From: the human T2T-CHM13v2.0 reference genome, Homo sapiens
Direction: 5' to 3' (one strand)
DNA length: 64,000 nt
NCBI RefSeq assembly: GCF_009914755.1
Contig: NC_060927.1
A model generated the notes under the pieces. The model saw only the letters and a list, made by a program, of their open reading frames with translations, was not told the DNA's origin and searched no databases. Shown here in pieces: positions 13,988-30,663 of this stretch. How positions within the stretch are numbered: position 1 is the stretch's first letter; each line of letters starts with the position of its first letter. The translations under genes and the position numbers were made by a program.

Positions 13988-14599
13988 GAGTAACCAAGAT
14001 GTCCTGCTGCCAGTGAATGGATAAATAAAATGTAGTACATGCAGACAGTGGAATATTACTCAGTGATAAAAAGAAATGAACTATCAAGCCATGAAAATAC
14101 AGGGAGGAAAGCTAAATGCATATTATTAGATGAAAGAAAGCAATCTGAAAAGGCTGCACACTGTGTGATTTCAACTATATCACATCTGGAAAAGGCAAAA
14201 CTATGAAGACAGTGAAAAGATCAGTGATTGCCAGGGATTGGGGATGGGGAGAGGGATGAATAGGTGGAGCACAGAGGATTTGGGGGCAGTGAAAATGCCC
14301 TGTGTGATACTACAGTGATGGGTACATGACATTATACACTTATCCAAACCCACAGAATGTACAACATCAAGAGTGAACCCTAATGTAAACTATGGACTCA
14401 GGGTGATCCTGTGCCAGTGTAGGTTTATCAATGACAACAAATGTACCACCTCGGTGGGGAATGTTGATAAAAAGGGAGGCTATGCATATGTCGGGATAGG
14501 GGATAAATGGAAAACTTCGCTGTGAACCTAAAACTCCTGTTTAAAAAAAGTCTAAAAAATAGATTATAGATGGGTGAAAGAACTAAATGATAAAAAGTG

Positions 14600-15329
14600 A
14601 AGCATGCTAAAAATCCATCAAGAGGAATAAAACTATAAAGCATTATATAAGAGAAGTTTGGAAGGCTGTCTTAAATAAGTTTCAAATGCTTAACTGTAAA
14701 CATTTAAATTCCTGATCATAAAAGGCTGTGTTAACAAAGTTAGAAAATAAGCAACAGATTGGGAGAAAAACATTTGCAATGCATGCAGTAACAGGAAGAT
14801 TTGGAGCCAGAATACATATGAAGAATTCCTACAAATCAAACCACTCATAAAAATGGTTGGGGCAAGAAAGACAAACAAGGCACAAAAACAGAAATACAAG
14901 TACACAGATGCTTAAGTTCTAGTAATTAGAGAAATATAACAAGATACACATTTTCAGTCACACTAACAAAATTAGAAGATTTGATATCATTCAACGTTGG
15001 CAAGGTTGTGAAGAAATGGGCACTCATTTCAGGAAATCCAAATTGTATGAAGCTTTTGAAGGATAATTTCATAGCATCTATTAAAATATAAAATATGCCT
15101 TTTCCTTGACCCAGCAACTGAATTTCTGGCAATCTACTTTAATCTAAGGTGGTTAGTACATATAACAAAGAGTCATATGTAAGGATGGTTAATGCAGGAT
15201 TGCTCCTAATGGTAACAAAATGGAAATATCTCAAATTTCCATTAATAGGAAGATTGTAAAGTAAACTATGGTGTGATCCATGCACTGGATATGCAGCAAT
15301 TTTTAAAAATTAGAGAAATCTCTTTATAC
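14600..15329 (+). mobile_element. Older L1 (L1ME-like) 3' fragment
   Basis: Highly diverged ORF2 C-terminal motifs (agattgggagaaaaacatttgcaa, ttggcaaggttgtg.., aaactatggtg). Confidence 0.6.
14990..15158 (+). repeat. Local duplication C, donor copy (in older L1)
   Basis: Collinear with the surrounding older L1 sequence. Confidence 0.93.
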
Positions 15330-15551
15330 CAGTAGTTTTCAACTGGGAGCAGTTTTGCCCACCAGTGGACATTTGGCAATGAGTATCTGGAGACATTTTT
15401 GGTTGGCATGACTGGCAGAGGGATGAGTGCTACTGGCATCTAGTGAATGGAGGCCAGGCATGCTGCTAAACACCTTACAATGCACAGGACAGCACCCTCC
15501 CAACAAAAAATTGGCCCCAAATGTCAGTCGTGCCAAGGCTGAGAAACTTTG
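15330..15551. mobile_element. MER20 (hAT-Charlie) DNA transposon
   Basis: cagtagttttcaactggg...ggacatttggcaatg..tctggagacatttttggttg...tgctactggcatctagtg...gccaaggctgagaaac. Confidence 0.88.
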
Positions 15552-16062
15552 CCTTATACTAACATAGAAAGAACTCTCAATCATCAGGTTAAGTGGAACA
15601 AAGCCAGCCAAACAACAGTACATATAGCACTACCCCGTACCCGAAAAACAAAATTAAAATTTTCAAACCTGCACATTATATTTATGTATGAATATTATTT
15701 TTTATCAGAAAGAATAGATACTAAAATATTAATCTCTGGGACAAAGAAAGAGTGACTGAATATAAAGTCAGAAAGACCATGATGCTATATTTTTCTGGAT
15801 AGTTTGAAATCTCCCCACCAATCACATATTAAAGTACTTTTGTGTAATTAAAAGAAGAAAATTTAAAATGCAGGAGCCTATATCCCATTCATTCTAGGAG
15901 AACTGAATTAAGTTCTCACTTTCTCCCCTGAGCTTTGAAACCTCTGACGTAACCATTCCCTATTCTTGTGTCTCATGATCTGAAAAGCAGGGATGGTATT
16001 AACATTTGTTTCAGTAATGGTTATAATTTAAAAGTACCGAAATTCCTTAGAATGCCATTGCT

Positions 16063-16444
16063 ATTATGGGCCAAATTGTTTTCCCGCTGTAAGTTCATAT
16101 GTTGCAATCTCAACTCCCAGTACCTCAGAAGGTAACCATATTTGGAGATGAGGTTTCTAAAGAGGTGATTAAGTTTAAACGAGGCTGTTAGGGGGGCCCT
16201 AATCCAATATGACTTGTATCTTCCTAAGAAGTCAGACACCAGGGATGAGTGCCCACAGAAGGCCATGCACACAGTAACAAGGGGTTCCTCTGCAAGCCAG
16301 GAATAGAAGCCTCGGAAGAAACCAAACCTACCCCCACCTTGATCTTGGACTTCCAGCCTCCAGAGCTCTGAGAAAATAAATGTCTGTTGTTCTGGCCATC
16401 CAGTCTGTGGGGTTTGGTATGGCAGCCCTAGCAAACTAACATAC
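16063..16444 (+). mobile_element. MLT1A/B MaLR solo LTR
   Basis: ccagtacctcagaa..tatttggagatgagg..ccttgatcttggacttccagcctccaga..aataaa..ggcagccctagcaaactaa. Confidence 0.88.
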
Positions 16445-19085
16445 TTGCTATGTAAGAATACAGTAAAAATAAAATCATTGGTGCCTATTCTACTTTTTCC
16501 ATGAGGGGTTAAACACAAGAAGCAAAAAAGTCACTGAGCTAGTTCATTTCTCAACTGAGGAGATGAATAGAGTTAGTGAAAACAAATCCATACTTCTAGG
16601 TGGCAACTGTCTTGCATTCCTGTTGCTGACACTCTGAAGTTATGGACTACAATTTTTGTGACAGATCCTCCTAGCATGCTCTCTGTGGCTTCTCTTCTCT
16701 CTACCAATTACCTGCTAACACAGCCACTGGCTGTGCATCTGCACTTGTAGTCATCAAAGGAGCTGATGTCACAGCACACAACAAACCCTGGAGAGCTGGG
16801 ACTGAGATGTGTGTTTGACTAAAGATTACAGGGAATTGATCACCTTTTTCTTTTTTTCCCTTTATATTTCCCATAGATAAATGGCTCCTTCTTCACAGGG
16901 AAAAATAAGAGGAAAACAGCAGTGGAGAGGAGAGACTACAAAGACCTGTAGATCAGGGTCAAGAAGAGTAATAGATATACTCAAGTTTAAAGGGAAAGCC
17001 AAATGCCACTGGAACTCTGAAAGGCAACCGCTCAAATCACCCTTGTCAACCTGGAGTGACTATGTTGAAATGAAATAGCTCATGACAGGCTTAGACAGAG
17101 AGAAGGCCTGAGACGGTACCTTGAGTTCTGCAGGTCCTCAGTGTGACATGCAAGTAACCCCTCAGTGTCCTCTATCCCAGAGGGAATAGCTGAGGTTGCA
17201 GGATAGTGAGTTGGCCTGGCAGATAAGCACAGATAGAGAAGTGATGCTGAGAATGTGAGCAGAATGGCCGACTGTCAAGCTGGGGCTAAATGAGAGTCAC
17301 AGCCAAACCTCAGGGATCCAGAGCATCAGTGAAAGCAGAGGTGGAGAGGGAAGACATCATCAGGAAGAGTCCAGCAATTTAGAGCCCACTGCATTATTCA
17401 TGCCGGGCACCAGATATGTCAGCGATAAAGGCAGTGAGACCAAGGTCTCTCCCCACAAACAAGCAGGACAGGACACATTGGTGATGAGGACTCAGTGGAC
17501 TCGTGCCCATTCCAGCGTCCAGGCTTCTAGTTCCCACCCACCACTGTGACAACACTTAAGTCTCCTCCTGCACCCACCTGCCACCCAGGGAAGGAAGAGA
17601 GGGAGGGCAGGGCTATCACTTGTATGAAAAGAAATAGCTCTGAGAGGGAGTTTGAACTTTGAACAGCTTGAATATTTATCTAAAGGGGCTGTTTTCACCA
17701 GTAGAGACTTGACTATCTTTAATTGTCAAGTTTAAGTTTTTACCTCATTAGCACAAAAGAGATCACAATGCAAGATAAAATCAGTTAGAAAAAAATTTCA
17801 AAGCTTCTTTTATTCCCCACATGAGTTATGCTGTATATTTCTACTCCTTCTTACATTTTAGAATTTTGTCTTATAAATAAATCATAAAGGTAAAGGGCCC
17901 TCTAGCAATCTACTAGAAAGACCACTTTCTAGAACAATGATGCATGCTGCTCTCTGGCAGCAAGCACTCAGGTAAGGTGTGTGTGACCAGCATAGCTCTA
18001 TGATGGAGGATGGCTGGTGTGTGCAAGAAGCAGAGCCATCCCAGCACAGTGTGAGGGAGGAGGGGCTATGGCAGGGCACAGACACAGAAGAAAAGACTTG
18101 GATATTCACATTCAAGTAGAGCCCCTGAACCCTAGCTTCTATTAGTTTTGAGGGGTTTTGGTTTTTTGGTGGTTTTGTTTGTTTGTTTGTTTTGCTGCTC
18201 GATCAAGAGAAGTACAGAATGTATAAAAAGAGGACACATGAAAGGTTTTCATCCTTGCTTATTAAAATAACTATATATCTTTAATGCACCCTTCAATATT
18301 CTAAGGGTAACAGCATACTGCTTGATTTGCATGCTCTTGATTTCCATTTGAATATATCATTATGGCTATAAGTAGATGCAGATGCTTAAGTTAATTTTAT
18401 TGTTAATGCCTCAAGGCATTTTTAGGAAAAGTGCACAAAGCTTTTAAAAATCCAATAAATTATATAGAACCTTAATTTACTTCCTGTTATACCTTCCACT
18501 GAGGAAGGACATAAAGTGCTCGTGAATTTAGATCTTGCTTTTGTCACCAATTGAATAAGTATTTGACTTACTGAAATGGACAAAACACACTCTTGGAATG
18601 TTATTTATGTGCTAACAATCCCTCATTAGTTGGATAAAGAATTATATCTTGACTAAAATTGATAAGAAGCTTATAAACTGTCCTATTAATCTACAAATAA
18701 TGATAACTTGTAGGCATATATTATGTCAAGCTCATGTCAACAGAAATGAAAGTTTGTCTGGAATCATTCTATAAAAACCTCTATTACTCCCTCTACTCTC
18801 TAGCCACAGAATCTTGACTGCAATTGTCAGCACATATTCCAACTTAGTTACTTTTGTATAATAACCTCTGAGAGGGGTGGGGATTAAATACGTATTCTAT
18901 AAAGATAAACGAAGATAAATAATGATTCTATAATCTATCATATGATTAAATATACATGATAGATTATAGAATAATAATTGCATACAGCTTAAAATTCAAT
19001 TTATTCACTTGTAATTCAAATGAGACTGGCCTCACTGGGCTTCCCTCGTCTCCTCCCAAATGTGCCTTGAAGTCAGACCTGATAT

Positions 19086-20109
<1,024 letters not shown>

Positions 20110-21289
20110 TGAAGTGTCTATGTGGAAATGAAAAAGCGAGTTTTAACTACCTAGGAAGACATCAGAAATGCTCTGCTTTAAACTGCTCTTCCTTTGCCCC
20201 TAATTTCCTCTCCCACTTCAGTTGCTTAAAACTCTTCTCCACATCTGTAGCCAACTCACTGCTACCGGAACTACCTTCCCCAACGTCTCAATCCACTTTC
20301 ATTAAATTAAGCAATGTAGTAGATACTTAACTTCCCCAGTTTGTATCCTCACTCACCATCCACCTCAGCAAATAAAAGTGCGCCTTCAGGGTCCACCCTT
20401 CTTAGAATGCAAGGGGAGATTTTGAACAACAGACGCTTTGTTGCAGATACGGAAACTTGACCTTCACTCACCCTCAAACACACTCACCCTCTTCTGCTCA
20501 CCTATAGAACAATCAAAAATTAGGGGCAAAGGAAGAGCAGTTTATTGGTATTAGTTGATTAGCACCCAGCTCTTCCCTCCTGGGGAATTAGGGAAGCCAA
20601 GGAAATGACCTAGCACTACTCTGTTTGGCCTCAGGTTTGGTTTGTCATCTAATTTTTTTTCATCTGCAAACCTTGTCTGCATTTGACACCAATGATATTG
20701 TCCACAAATATCTATTGTAATGATCACTTCTTTTTTTTTTTTTCACGGCCAAGATGACACAGCATTTTATTACCGTTACAAAAGTCAACCAATGATATTT
20801 TAACTGAAATATACTGAATGATGATTCAACATATGAGCAAAAGAGGGATGTCTTTGGAGAAGGCACTTAAGGTAGAACATTAGAAAATCTTACCGGTTGG
20901 CTAAAACAAAAATGAGCTCTTTCAACCTGGCTGGAGGCCTGTTAGGGCTGTTCCTTCTCACTGTGGCCTGACTGAAAACCAGTGGCATTAAGAAAACATC
21001 ACATTCCCAAGTCTAGAGGTGGCCCAGTGGGGTGGTGCTGCTTTCAAAAGCCCTGTGTCCCTAAACACATCCATTCTCACAGGATCAGTTTCCCCAAGTG
21101 CTGGTTCCAGAAATAGGCTCAGGGCTAGCAGAAATCATTCAGGAAGCTTCTTGAAGGACCTCTCCTTATTTCTTAGTCTGACTTTCAGCTTGTCCCAGCT
21201 ACTGTAAGCGGCTTTGGCTTCCCAAGGTCACTAGCAACTTCTACTTTTGCTAATATCCTTGGTTTTCCATGGCACTGGTTGTGACCATC

Positions 21290-21805
21290 TGTTAGACTAG
21301 TGGCCCCCCTATTAACTGCACCTCCACTTCACACCCTTTTCTTGAATCTGGGCTGGGCTCGTGACTTGTTTAATAAGTAGAGGCATACTCCAGCTCTCTT
21401 CTGTTTAGAAAAAATCATCATCATCGTCATCATCAATAGAGGGCAGTAGAAGGGATGCTGCAACAATTCTGGACTTAAGTCTTCAGAAGGCCTGGCCCCT
21501 TCTGCTTTTGAGCTCTTGAGAGCTCTGAACTGCATGTGAGAGGTCTAGTTACCCTGCCAGTCAGGCCACTGAAAGAGACTACACAGAGAAGGAGAGACTC
21601 AGGACTGCAGGCCAAGAGAGAACCCCAGCCAACACAGTCTCTCCGTCAACCTGCTGACCACATTGAGTGGCCACCTGCAGGCTGGCAGAAGAACGGCCCA
21701 GCTGAGCCCTGCTCAGATTGAAGAACAGTTGGGGGTGGGATTGTTTTAAGCCACTAAACTTTTGGGGTAAGTTTGTGAGCAACATTTGACAACCAAAAAC
21801 ACTGG
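21290..21805 (+). mobile_element. Old MaLR (MLT1-type) LTR within the retrocopied PTPN11 3'UTR
   Basis: MLT1-like motifs (cttgaatctgggctgg..., ccagctgagccc, gttttaagccactaa...ttggggtaagtttgt). Lies between the retrocopy TSDs. Boundaries approximate. Confidence 0.6.
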
Positions 21806-22598
21806 TCATTCATAGGTGCCTTTTTTCTAAGTACAAGACAATTACTCAAATGCAAAGAAAATATGGTAAATGTTTTCCCACCACAACCTTCTCAGTCAAC
21901 AGCTGAACTGTAATTGGTCATCGGCTGAAAAAAAAAAAAAAAAGCCACACCTCTTATCTTAATTCATAAATATCCATGATTCTTTTTCTATGACTCCTTA
22001 ATGCTAATGCAAAGGTAGACCAGTAAGCTTCTGGCAGTCTCAGGCACTGGCTTAATTCTCATTTAGCCAAAAGTAGAAGCCATCAAAATGAATTATCCAC
22101 TACTGGATACATGATGGTAGATGAGATTGTTCTCACTTTTCTAGGATGTTGTTACTTAATTTTCCCAAATCATTTCTTCTTACCTTGCCCCACAATGAAA
22201 AAAAAATTAAACTGGTTAAGGTTATAAAAAGAAAAAAAAAACAACAAAAACCTATAACTAGAATTTGAATCCCCATAATCTGCAAAATATAGCACACAAT
22301 TTAACTGCTTCCTCAATTTAAAACAAAATTCTATAAAATACAACGTTGTCTACATTGTAGAGATGATTTCTTCTTATCTGAGGAAATGAGTAATTGGGAA
22401 GCAGGTATTGTTGAGTTAAAATACAGTGGTTTTTAAATGATTTCAAATTTTGCTTATCAAAAGGTAGTCAACCACAACACAAGCCTTCCAAATCCAAATT
22501 CTGTCTTCACATAAACTTTATTGCGTCTGCTCTTGATCTTTTTAGGGAGAGGGTGAAAGTCCACATCTATTTCTGTGCTGAAGTTTTGGCAGGTTTTC

Positions 22599-24730
<2,132 letters not shown>

Positions 24731-25770
24731 TCAGGGTCTGCTGGGCTCAGTCACATCGGGCTGGCCCAAGGGAGGCCTGCTCAGGACTGGCCGTGGGGCA
24801 GAGCCAGCTGGCCATGCACGGACCCCACTCCAGGCCTGGGGATCCTGGAGACTGTGCAGCTGCCCCCCGGCCCGGCTAGCTCCTCCTCCACCCCCCAATG
24901 ATCACTTCTTTATATCCATGTTTTCAGTACAATTCACAAATAATATTTGTTCCCTTTTTACAAATGGCAAAATTCAAAATTTCAACATAGTCTTTCCCAA
25001 CTGCATTTCTGTGGCAGTTGTTTTCTTCCAAAACACCCTAGGAAATCTTAGCTGCAAATGCTTATTACCTAGGAAAGTTTCTCTCAGCTATGCATTATCT
25101 ATATTGTGAGGCTGTGTTTTTCTTTTCTGTTGTACTACATCCCATATCCACCACAATCTGTGTCAGTGGAAAGATTTTTATTCCACTCTTGCTTTGGTAG
25201 AATTATCAGGTTGCATTCATACAGAACAAAAAATATTTTCTCTCCTTGATCAGTTAAAATCTCTATCAAATATTATATTTACTAAGATTAAATAATCAAC
25301 AGAAGTAATTACCTAGGAGTTTTCCCTTTAGCTATTTCATTCACTTTTTCCTGGGATACTGAGGCCATGGAAATAACCAATATTTTTGTGGTGAAAAACA
25401 GGGAAGGCTCCTTCTAGCAGTCCAAATCAATCATACCAAATATCTAGGTTTCCTCAATTTGCCACAATGCAAAGATCCACACAAAAGCACCTAAATCATA
25501 CATGTAAATATTGACATCTATCACCCCAAATATAAAATAACTGATAGAGCTCTTAGCCTAATTATCTTCTAGTTATTGACCTAAAGCTAATAGGCAGTGG
25601 TCAGAAATTCTCAAACCTGAGTATTTTGCTGGAATTTCAGAGGAACTAATAGTTTAAGATGAATTCTTTTAATTTTGAAAGTTATCAATTTATGCCAAGA
25701 GTCACAATAGCTGTGGATGTCCAAACTCCTGGACCCATACTCTCAGGCACTCTTTAAAGCTGAACACTCT

Positions 25771-26132
25771 TGATATGGTTTGGCTGTGTCCCCACCCAAA
25801 TCTCATCTTGAACTGTAGCTCCCATAATTCCCACGTGTTGTGGGAGGGACCTGGTGGGAGATAATTAAATCATGGAGGTGGTTCCTCCATACTGTTCTTG
25901 TGGTAGTGAATAAGCCTCACAGGATCTGATGGTTTTATAAGGGGTTTCTGCTTTCACTTGGCTCTCATTCCCTCTTGCCTGCCACCATGTAAGACATGCT
26001 TTTCACCTTCCACCATGATTGTGAAGCCTCCCCAGCCATGTGGAACTGTGAGTCCGTTAAACCTCTTTTTTCTTAATTAATTACTCAATCTCGGGTATGT
26101 CTTTATTAGCTGCATGAAAATGGACTAATACA
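25771..26132 (+). mobile_element. THE1 (THE1B-like) solo LTR
   Basis: tgatatggtttggctgtgtccccacccaaatctcatc...gactaataca, with 5-bp TSD ACTCT on both sides. Confidence 0.95.
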
Positions 26133-26370
26133 ACTCTACCCCTTAGTACCCAAACAAAACACGCTACCAGTCAGAGGCCCATTTGATTTTTCTGTTATTT
26201 AACCTTGTCCTAGAGATAGCTTAAATTAGTTATGTCTCTGAATACCACTCCATTTCTACAACCCCTACCCCCATGTTTTCTCACTGTCCAGTCTTTCACG
26301 TTCTTCAATCATTCAACATTTATATTTTCTTTTTACAAAGTACTTGAGGTTTTATATGACTGTCAAAATC

Positions 26371-26796
26371 TGTCTCTGTTTGTTTGTACTGCTATAACAA
26401 AACACTAAGATTGGGTAATTTATAAATAATAAAAATTTATTTCTCATAGTTGGATGTTGGGAAGTCCAAGATCAAGGTGCAGGTAGATTCAGTGTCTGGT
26501 GAGAGCTGTGCTCTTGCCTCCAAGATGGTGCCTGCATGTTACTGCATCTTTACATGGCAAAAGGTGGGAGGGCAAAAGGGATGAATGCTGTGTACTTACA
26601 GGGCAGAAGAGACAGAAAAAGGCCAGGCAGCTTTCTGAAGTCTCCTTTATAATGGCATTAATGCCATTCATGAGGACAGAGCCCTCCTGGCCTAATTATA
26701 ATAACTCCCAAAGCCCTCACCTCTTAACACCATCACCTTGGGGTTTAAGTTCCAACATATGAATTTTGGAGGGATATATATATTTAAACCATAGCA
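26371..26796 (-). mobile_element. MST (MSTC/D-like) MaLR solo LTR
   Basis: tgctataacaa..gggtaatttata..gaagtccaagatcaaggtg..aaaccatagca, with near-TSD AAATC/GAATC. Confidence 0.85.
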
Positions 26797-27909
26797 GAAT
26801 CAAATGAATTGTTTTTTTAATTTACATGTTTTTGAAATGCCTTTGAACATCATTTACAAACATGGCTCAAACAGGAGATATTCTAACAGATACTGAAGAA
26901 TTTCAGTAGTTCCTGATTTGGCTACTTTTAGCTCTTAAATTATCAAGCCATACAGTTTTTCCTATCAAAGAGTTTTCCTGCCAAAACAGTGTGATTCTAA
27001 CTCACCCAGAATAAAGTCCTTAAGTATTAAAGGATCATTCAGTTTACATAAATACAAATAAGTGCTTAAGCAGAATACAGTAGCATAAAATGTGCAGCTT
27101 GTGGTGAAGTTTGAGGCTGATTTGCTGCATGAACACAGTTCTTTGTCCCAAATCTTTTCTGTTAATGTCAATGTCAATGTCAGTTTTGACTATAGAAGGG
27201 TCATTAAAGTGTACTGTATCAGCTAGTTTTGATGGGTAGACATGTCGGAACAGTAGTAACATATTCTACTCATCTGCCCAGCAGCTCTTTTCCTCAGAAG
27301 TCTTAAAGAGAGCAGGTTCATGAATAAAAATATATTCCAAAACTTTATCCTTTCCCAAGGGGCTAACACACCTGGCCCAAAGAAGACTAAGAATTCTATC
27401 CATGTAGATTTGTATATATTCAAGTTTCTACAGCTAAGCACAAGCCTGTTTGGAGCTTGAAGAAATCAAATAGTAAATATTTTCTGAATTGCTTTTATTG
27501 TTTTGTGTTTCTATTAAGAATTGGCACTTGAATTAGATCAGTTAATAACATATGCTAATTTTTGTCCAGTCTGATCACACCAGCATTAATAAAACTGTAA
27601 GTCAAGGTAGATATTTTCAGGCTGTAGAACACGTTGTTTCAGTCTGTCTTCAGGTCATTTCTGCATAAGATGGCAGGTGCAATCACAGCAGTCTACAATA
27701 GAAAAGAAGAACAGGAACTTGTTTTTCCTTAACAGGAAAAATCTCTTTTCTCATTTCTTCAGCTTACATAAAAATATTTTATTTCTATTTTCATAACATG
27801 TATTGCTTAATTATAAAAGCAATATCATCATCTAAGGTTTAGAAAAATACTGAGGAAATATTTTTTAAAGGAAGAAATATGATCCATGGTCCCACTACTG
27901 AAATAACGA

Positions 27910-28035
27910 AGGTCTTTGAAGCCAGACAGACCTGCGTTGAAATTCTGACTCTGTCTCTCATGCAGTAGATGTGTGACTTTAGGGAAATTACAGTCTTCTC
28001 TGCGTTTTATTTTCCTCACATGCAAAAATAAATTG
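27910..28035 (+). mobile_element. MIR fragment
   Basis: agccagacagacctg..tgtgtgactttagggaaatta..tttcctcaca core. Confidence 0.65.
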
Positions 28036-30569
28036 CCACCAATTTTTATGTATTATTATTAAAGAAGCAAAACAAGCCTGATTCTTCTATGTATTAAAAC
28101 CAGTTATTCTTCATTTGTATGTCTTGGCAACATAATGTAATATAATAATTCTTAGGAGAAAATGGACTCCCTAGTGCAAACCCTCATGCAACACCACTCT
28201 TTAACCCTTCAACTGTCAGTGTGGTTGATGGGAGGAGAGCAATAAATGGGGAAGACTGGCAAAAGAAGATCCTAGAAACCTTAGGCTCCAAACATTTCAG
28301 GTTCTTCTGTTCTTCAGGAGAGGATGTCCTCTTTGAAGTACCTAGTGGAAAATCACCATGACTGTAGCTCAAGTTCCATCAAAGAGACTGTTCCTTTTAG
28401 CTGGGGTAAAGCAGTTTATTTTATGGGAGCTCTAATGTGTTAAGGGACAGGTGCTCTATCCAAGGCTACAGAGGGAGCAAACCACTGTTAGGAATTTTAA
28501 TGTCTAAACCCACTTGTCTAGTTTCCACTTCAAGAGACAGTCCCAACCACAGCAATTACTGCATCACCTCCGAAAAAACAGACTCTTAAAATCTATTGCA
28601 CTCATTACATTTGCATGTTTAATTCCTTCCAATACACAACTGACATGGCTTCAAAGTGTTTGCCTGTGATTTTCAACTTCAAAATGATCTGAAAGTATTC
28701 ACCCAGCAAATCAGTTTCTGACAGTGTGATTTTCTGGCTTGCCCAGAACAATCTCATTGTGCTCCTGTGAGTATTAAATGTGATAAGGCCCTTAAAGTGC
28801 TTAGCCAAGAGCCTAGAGTATAGTGGGAACTGAATACATAGTAAGAACTCAATCTGTATTAGGTAGGAAGTGTCTGTACTTTAACATATTGTCTTATGCA
28901 CACTCATCTATTTACAAACAAAAATTCTAGTGTATATGCAATTGGTTGGTACATTGAATATACAGGTCGGTTTTCTGGGGGTTCGTCATGGTGTTTTACT
29001 TTGTTTTTACATTAGGGAAAATGGCATAGCCCTTTAAAAAGTCTTTTAAAATATTTTTAAAGTCTACCTAATAATCCATAAATGGAAAGGTAACAGTTTT
29101 TTAACAGTGTCTTTATTATTTGAAGACTTGGGTAGTTTGGGATTTTTTATATAAATAAAACTACAGTAAACATTTGTTTTAAGAATAATCTTTATTTGCA
29201 AATTTATTGCTCTATCTCTGATTATTTTCTTTCAATTTCTACATTAGTATATTTAACTTGTAAGATTTTCTAAAAACCAAACATTGCTGAAGAAAAACAA
29301 AATGCAAATGGATGTAACATATTCTTTGGAAGACTATATAACTTGTTTTCTATCAACTCAATAAATTTCCAACTGAAAAATAACTATCTCAAAATTAATT
29401 TCATTTCATGGGATAAAAGACATGCTCAATTTAATAAGATGTTTGTTCAAGCAAGATGATGACTTTATATGCCACTAATTTAAATTAGGATAAACTTTAT
29501 GCAACAAAACATTGCAACTGGTATTTCTGTCTGGCATCCTAGACGATGAGATATTTTGTCAATTTATTTGGAGAAAGGGTCAGGTCAAGATAGCATTTCT
29601 CTTAAGACTGAATACTTAGTTTTTTATGCATTTATGGTATTATGCTAGCTGATAGCAGATTAAAAACTAAGCTTATAAAGTCCGCAGTTGCAAGCCTGTG
29701 TCAGCAAGCAGGCTCTAGAATCCATCTGTAACTGTGCTTCTTCTCACCCATAGATCCTCCTGCTGATCTCCATCCAGATACAACAGAAATTTGTGATCCT
29801 ATCTGCCATGTGACATCTCAGCCACAGCCCCAGTCTAAAAAGGGAAAGAAAAGACTAATTTGCAGGCATTGCTTAGAAGAAAATGTTTTAAAAGCTTGTC
29901 AGAATTTAAATTATGTATTCTTTGAATAATGCCAAAGTCCATAATGCAACTATAAAAATAACCATTTATCCAGAAAAAATTTTAAGTTATGTCATATGTA
30001 ACCTAAAGAATACTAATTTAATTTAAATGTTCGTGAATACAGGATAAAGACGATAATGCTGATGTAGTTGTTTGTCAGTTTGTGCTAAAATACAATTACA
30101 AAAAGAAAATAACTAAATATAATCTCTGTGAAAAATAGTTCATTGTCTTCCAAGCTCTGTGAAGACAAAGGCACCTCTACTAATTTCAAAGAGGTTTTAG
30201 ATTTGGTCATAAATTAGTATGAACAGAATTTTCTATTTCATTACATTATGTTTGGCAATGTGCCAAAATAATCTAGACTGAGAGATTTCACTATAAATCA
30301 GGACAGGACACCAAAAACAGAAATAGCTCACTCAAATATACATACATTAAAATACATCAATTTTCCACCAAATATTTATTGAGAACCTACTATGTGTGCC
30401 TAACAATATGGTTGACATTAAGGTTCCAGGGAGCTTAAATATATTGTAACAGTAAATTATTTCACTATGAATGTCATAAATTTGAGCACTGTAGCTTGCA
30501 GTGATACATCTGTCTAATTGGATCAGTTTTAGATGAATAGCTTTCAGATAACTTTATTTTTATGTGTGT

Positions 30570-30663
30570 TTTAAAATTTTTTATTTAATTGACAAATAAT
30601 AATTGTACATATTCATGGGATACAAAACGATATCTTGATACATACAAGGTACAGTGATCAGAA
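30570..30663 (-). mobile_element. L1MA 3'-end fragment
   Basis: taattgacaaataataattgtacatattcatggg motif. Confidence 0.6.

Larger units (their letters stand above)
11790..14560 (+). mobile_element. 5'-truncated L1 (L1MC1/2-like): decayed ORF2 RT-to-C-terminal part and 3'UTR
   Basis: ORF 12657-12866 ([34 protein letters not shown]) is L1 ORF2. The 3' end 'gagtgaaccctaatgtaaactatggac...gctgtgaacctaaaact' is L1MC-type. Confidence 0.9.

Noticed and set aside
16021-16518. 165-aa minus-strand ORF
   Set aside because: Antisense reading through the MLT1 LTR, with no recognisable protein.
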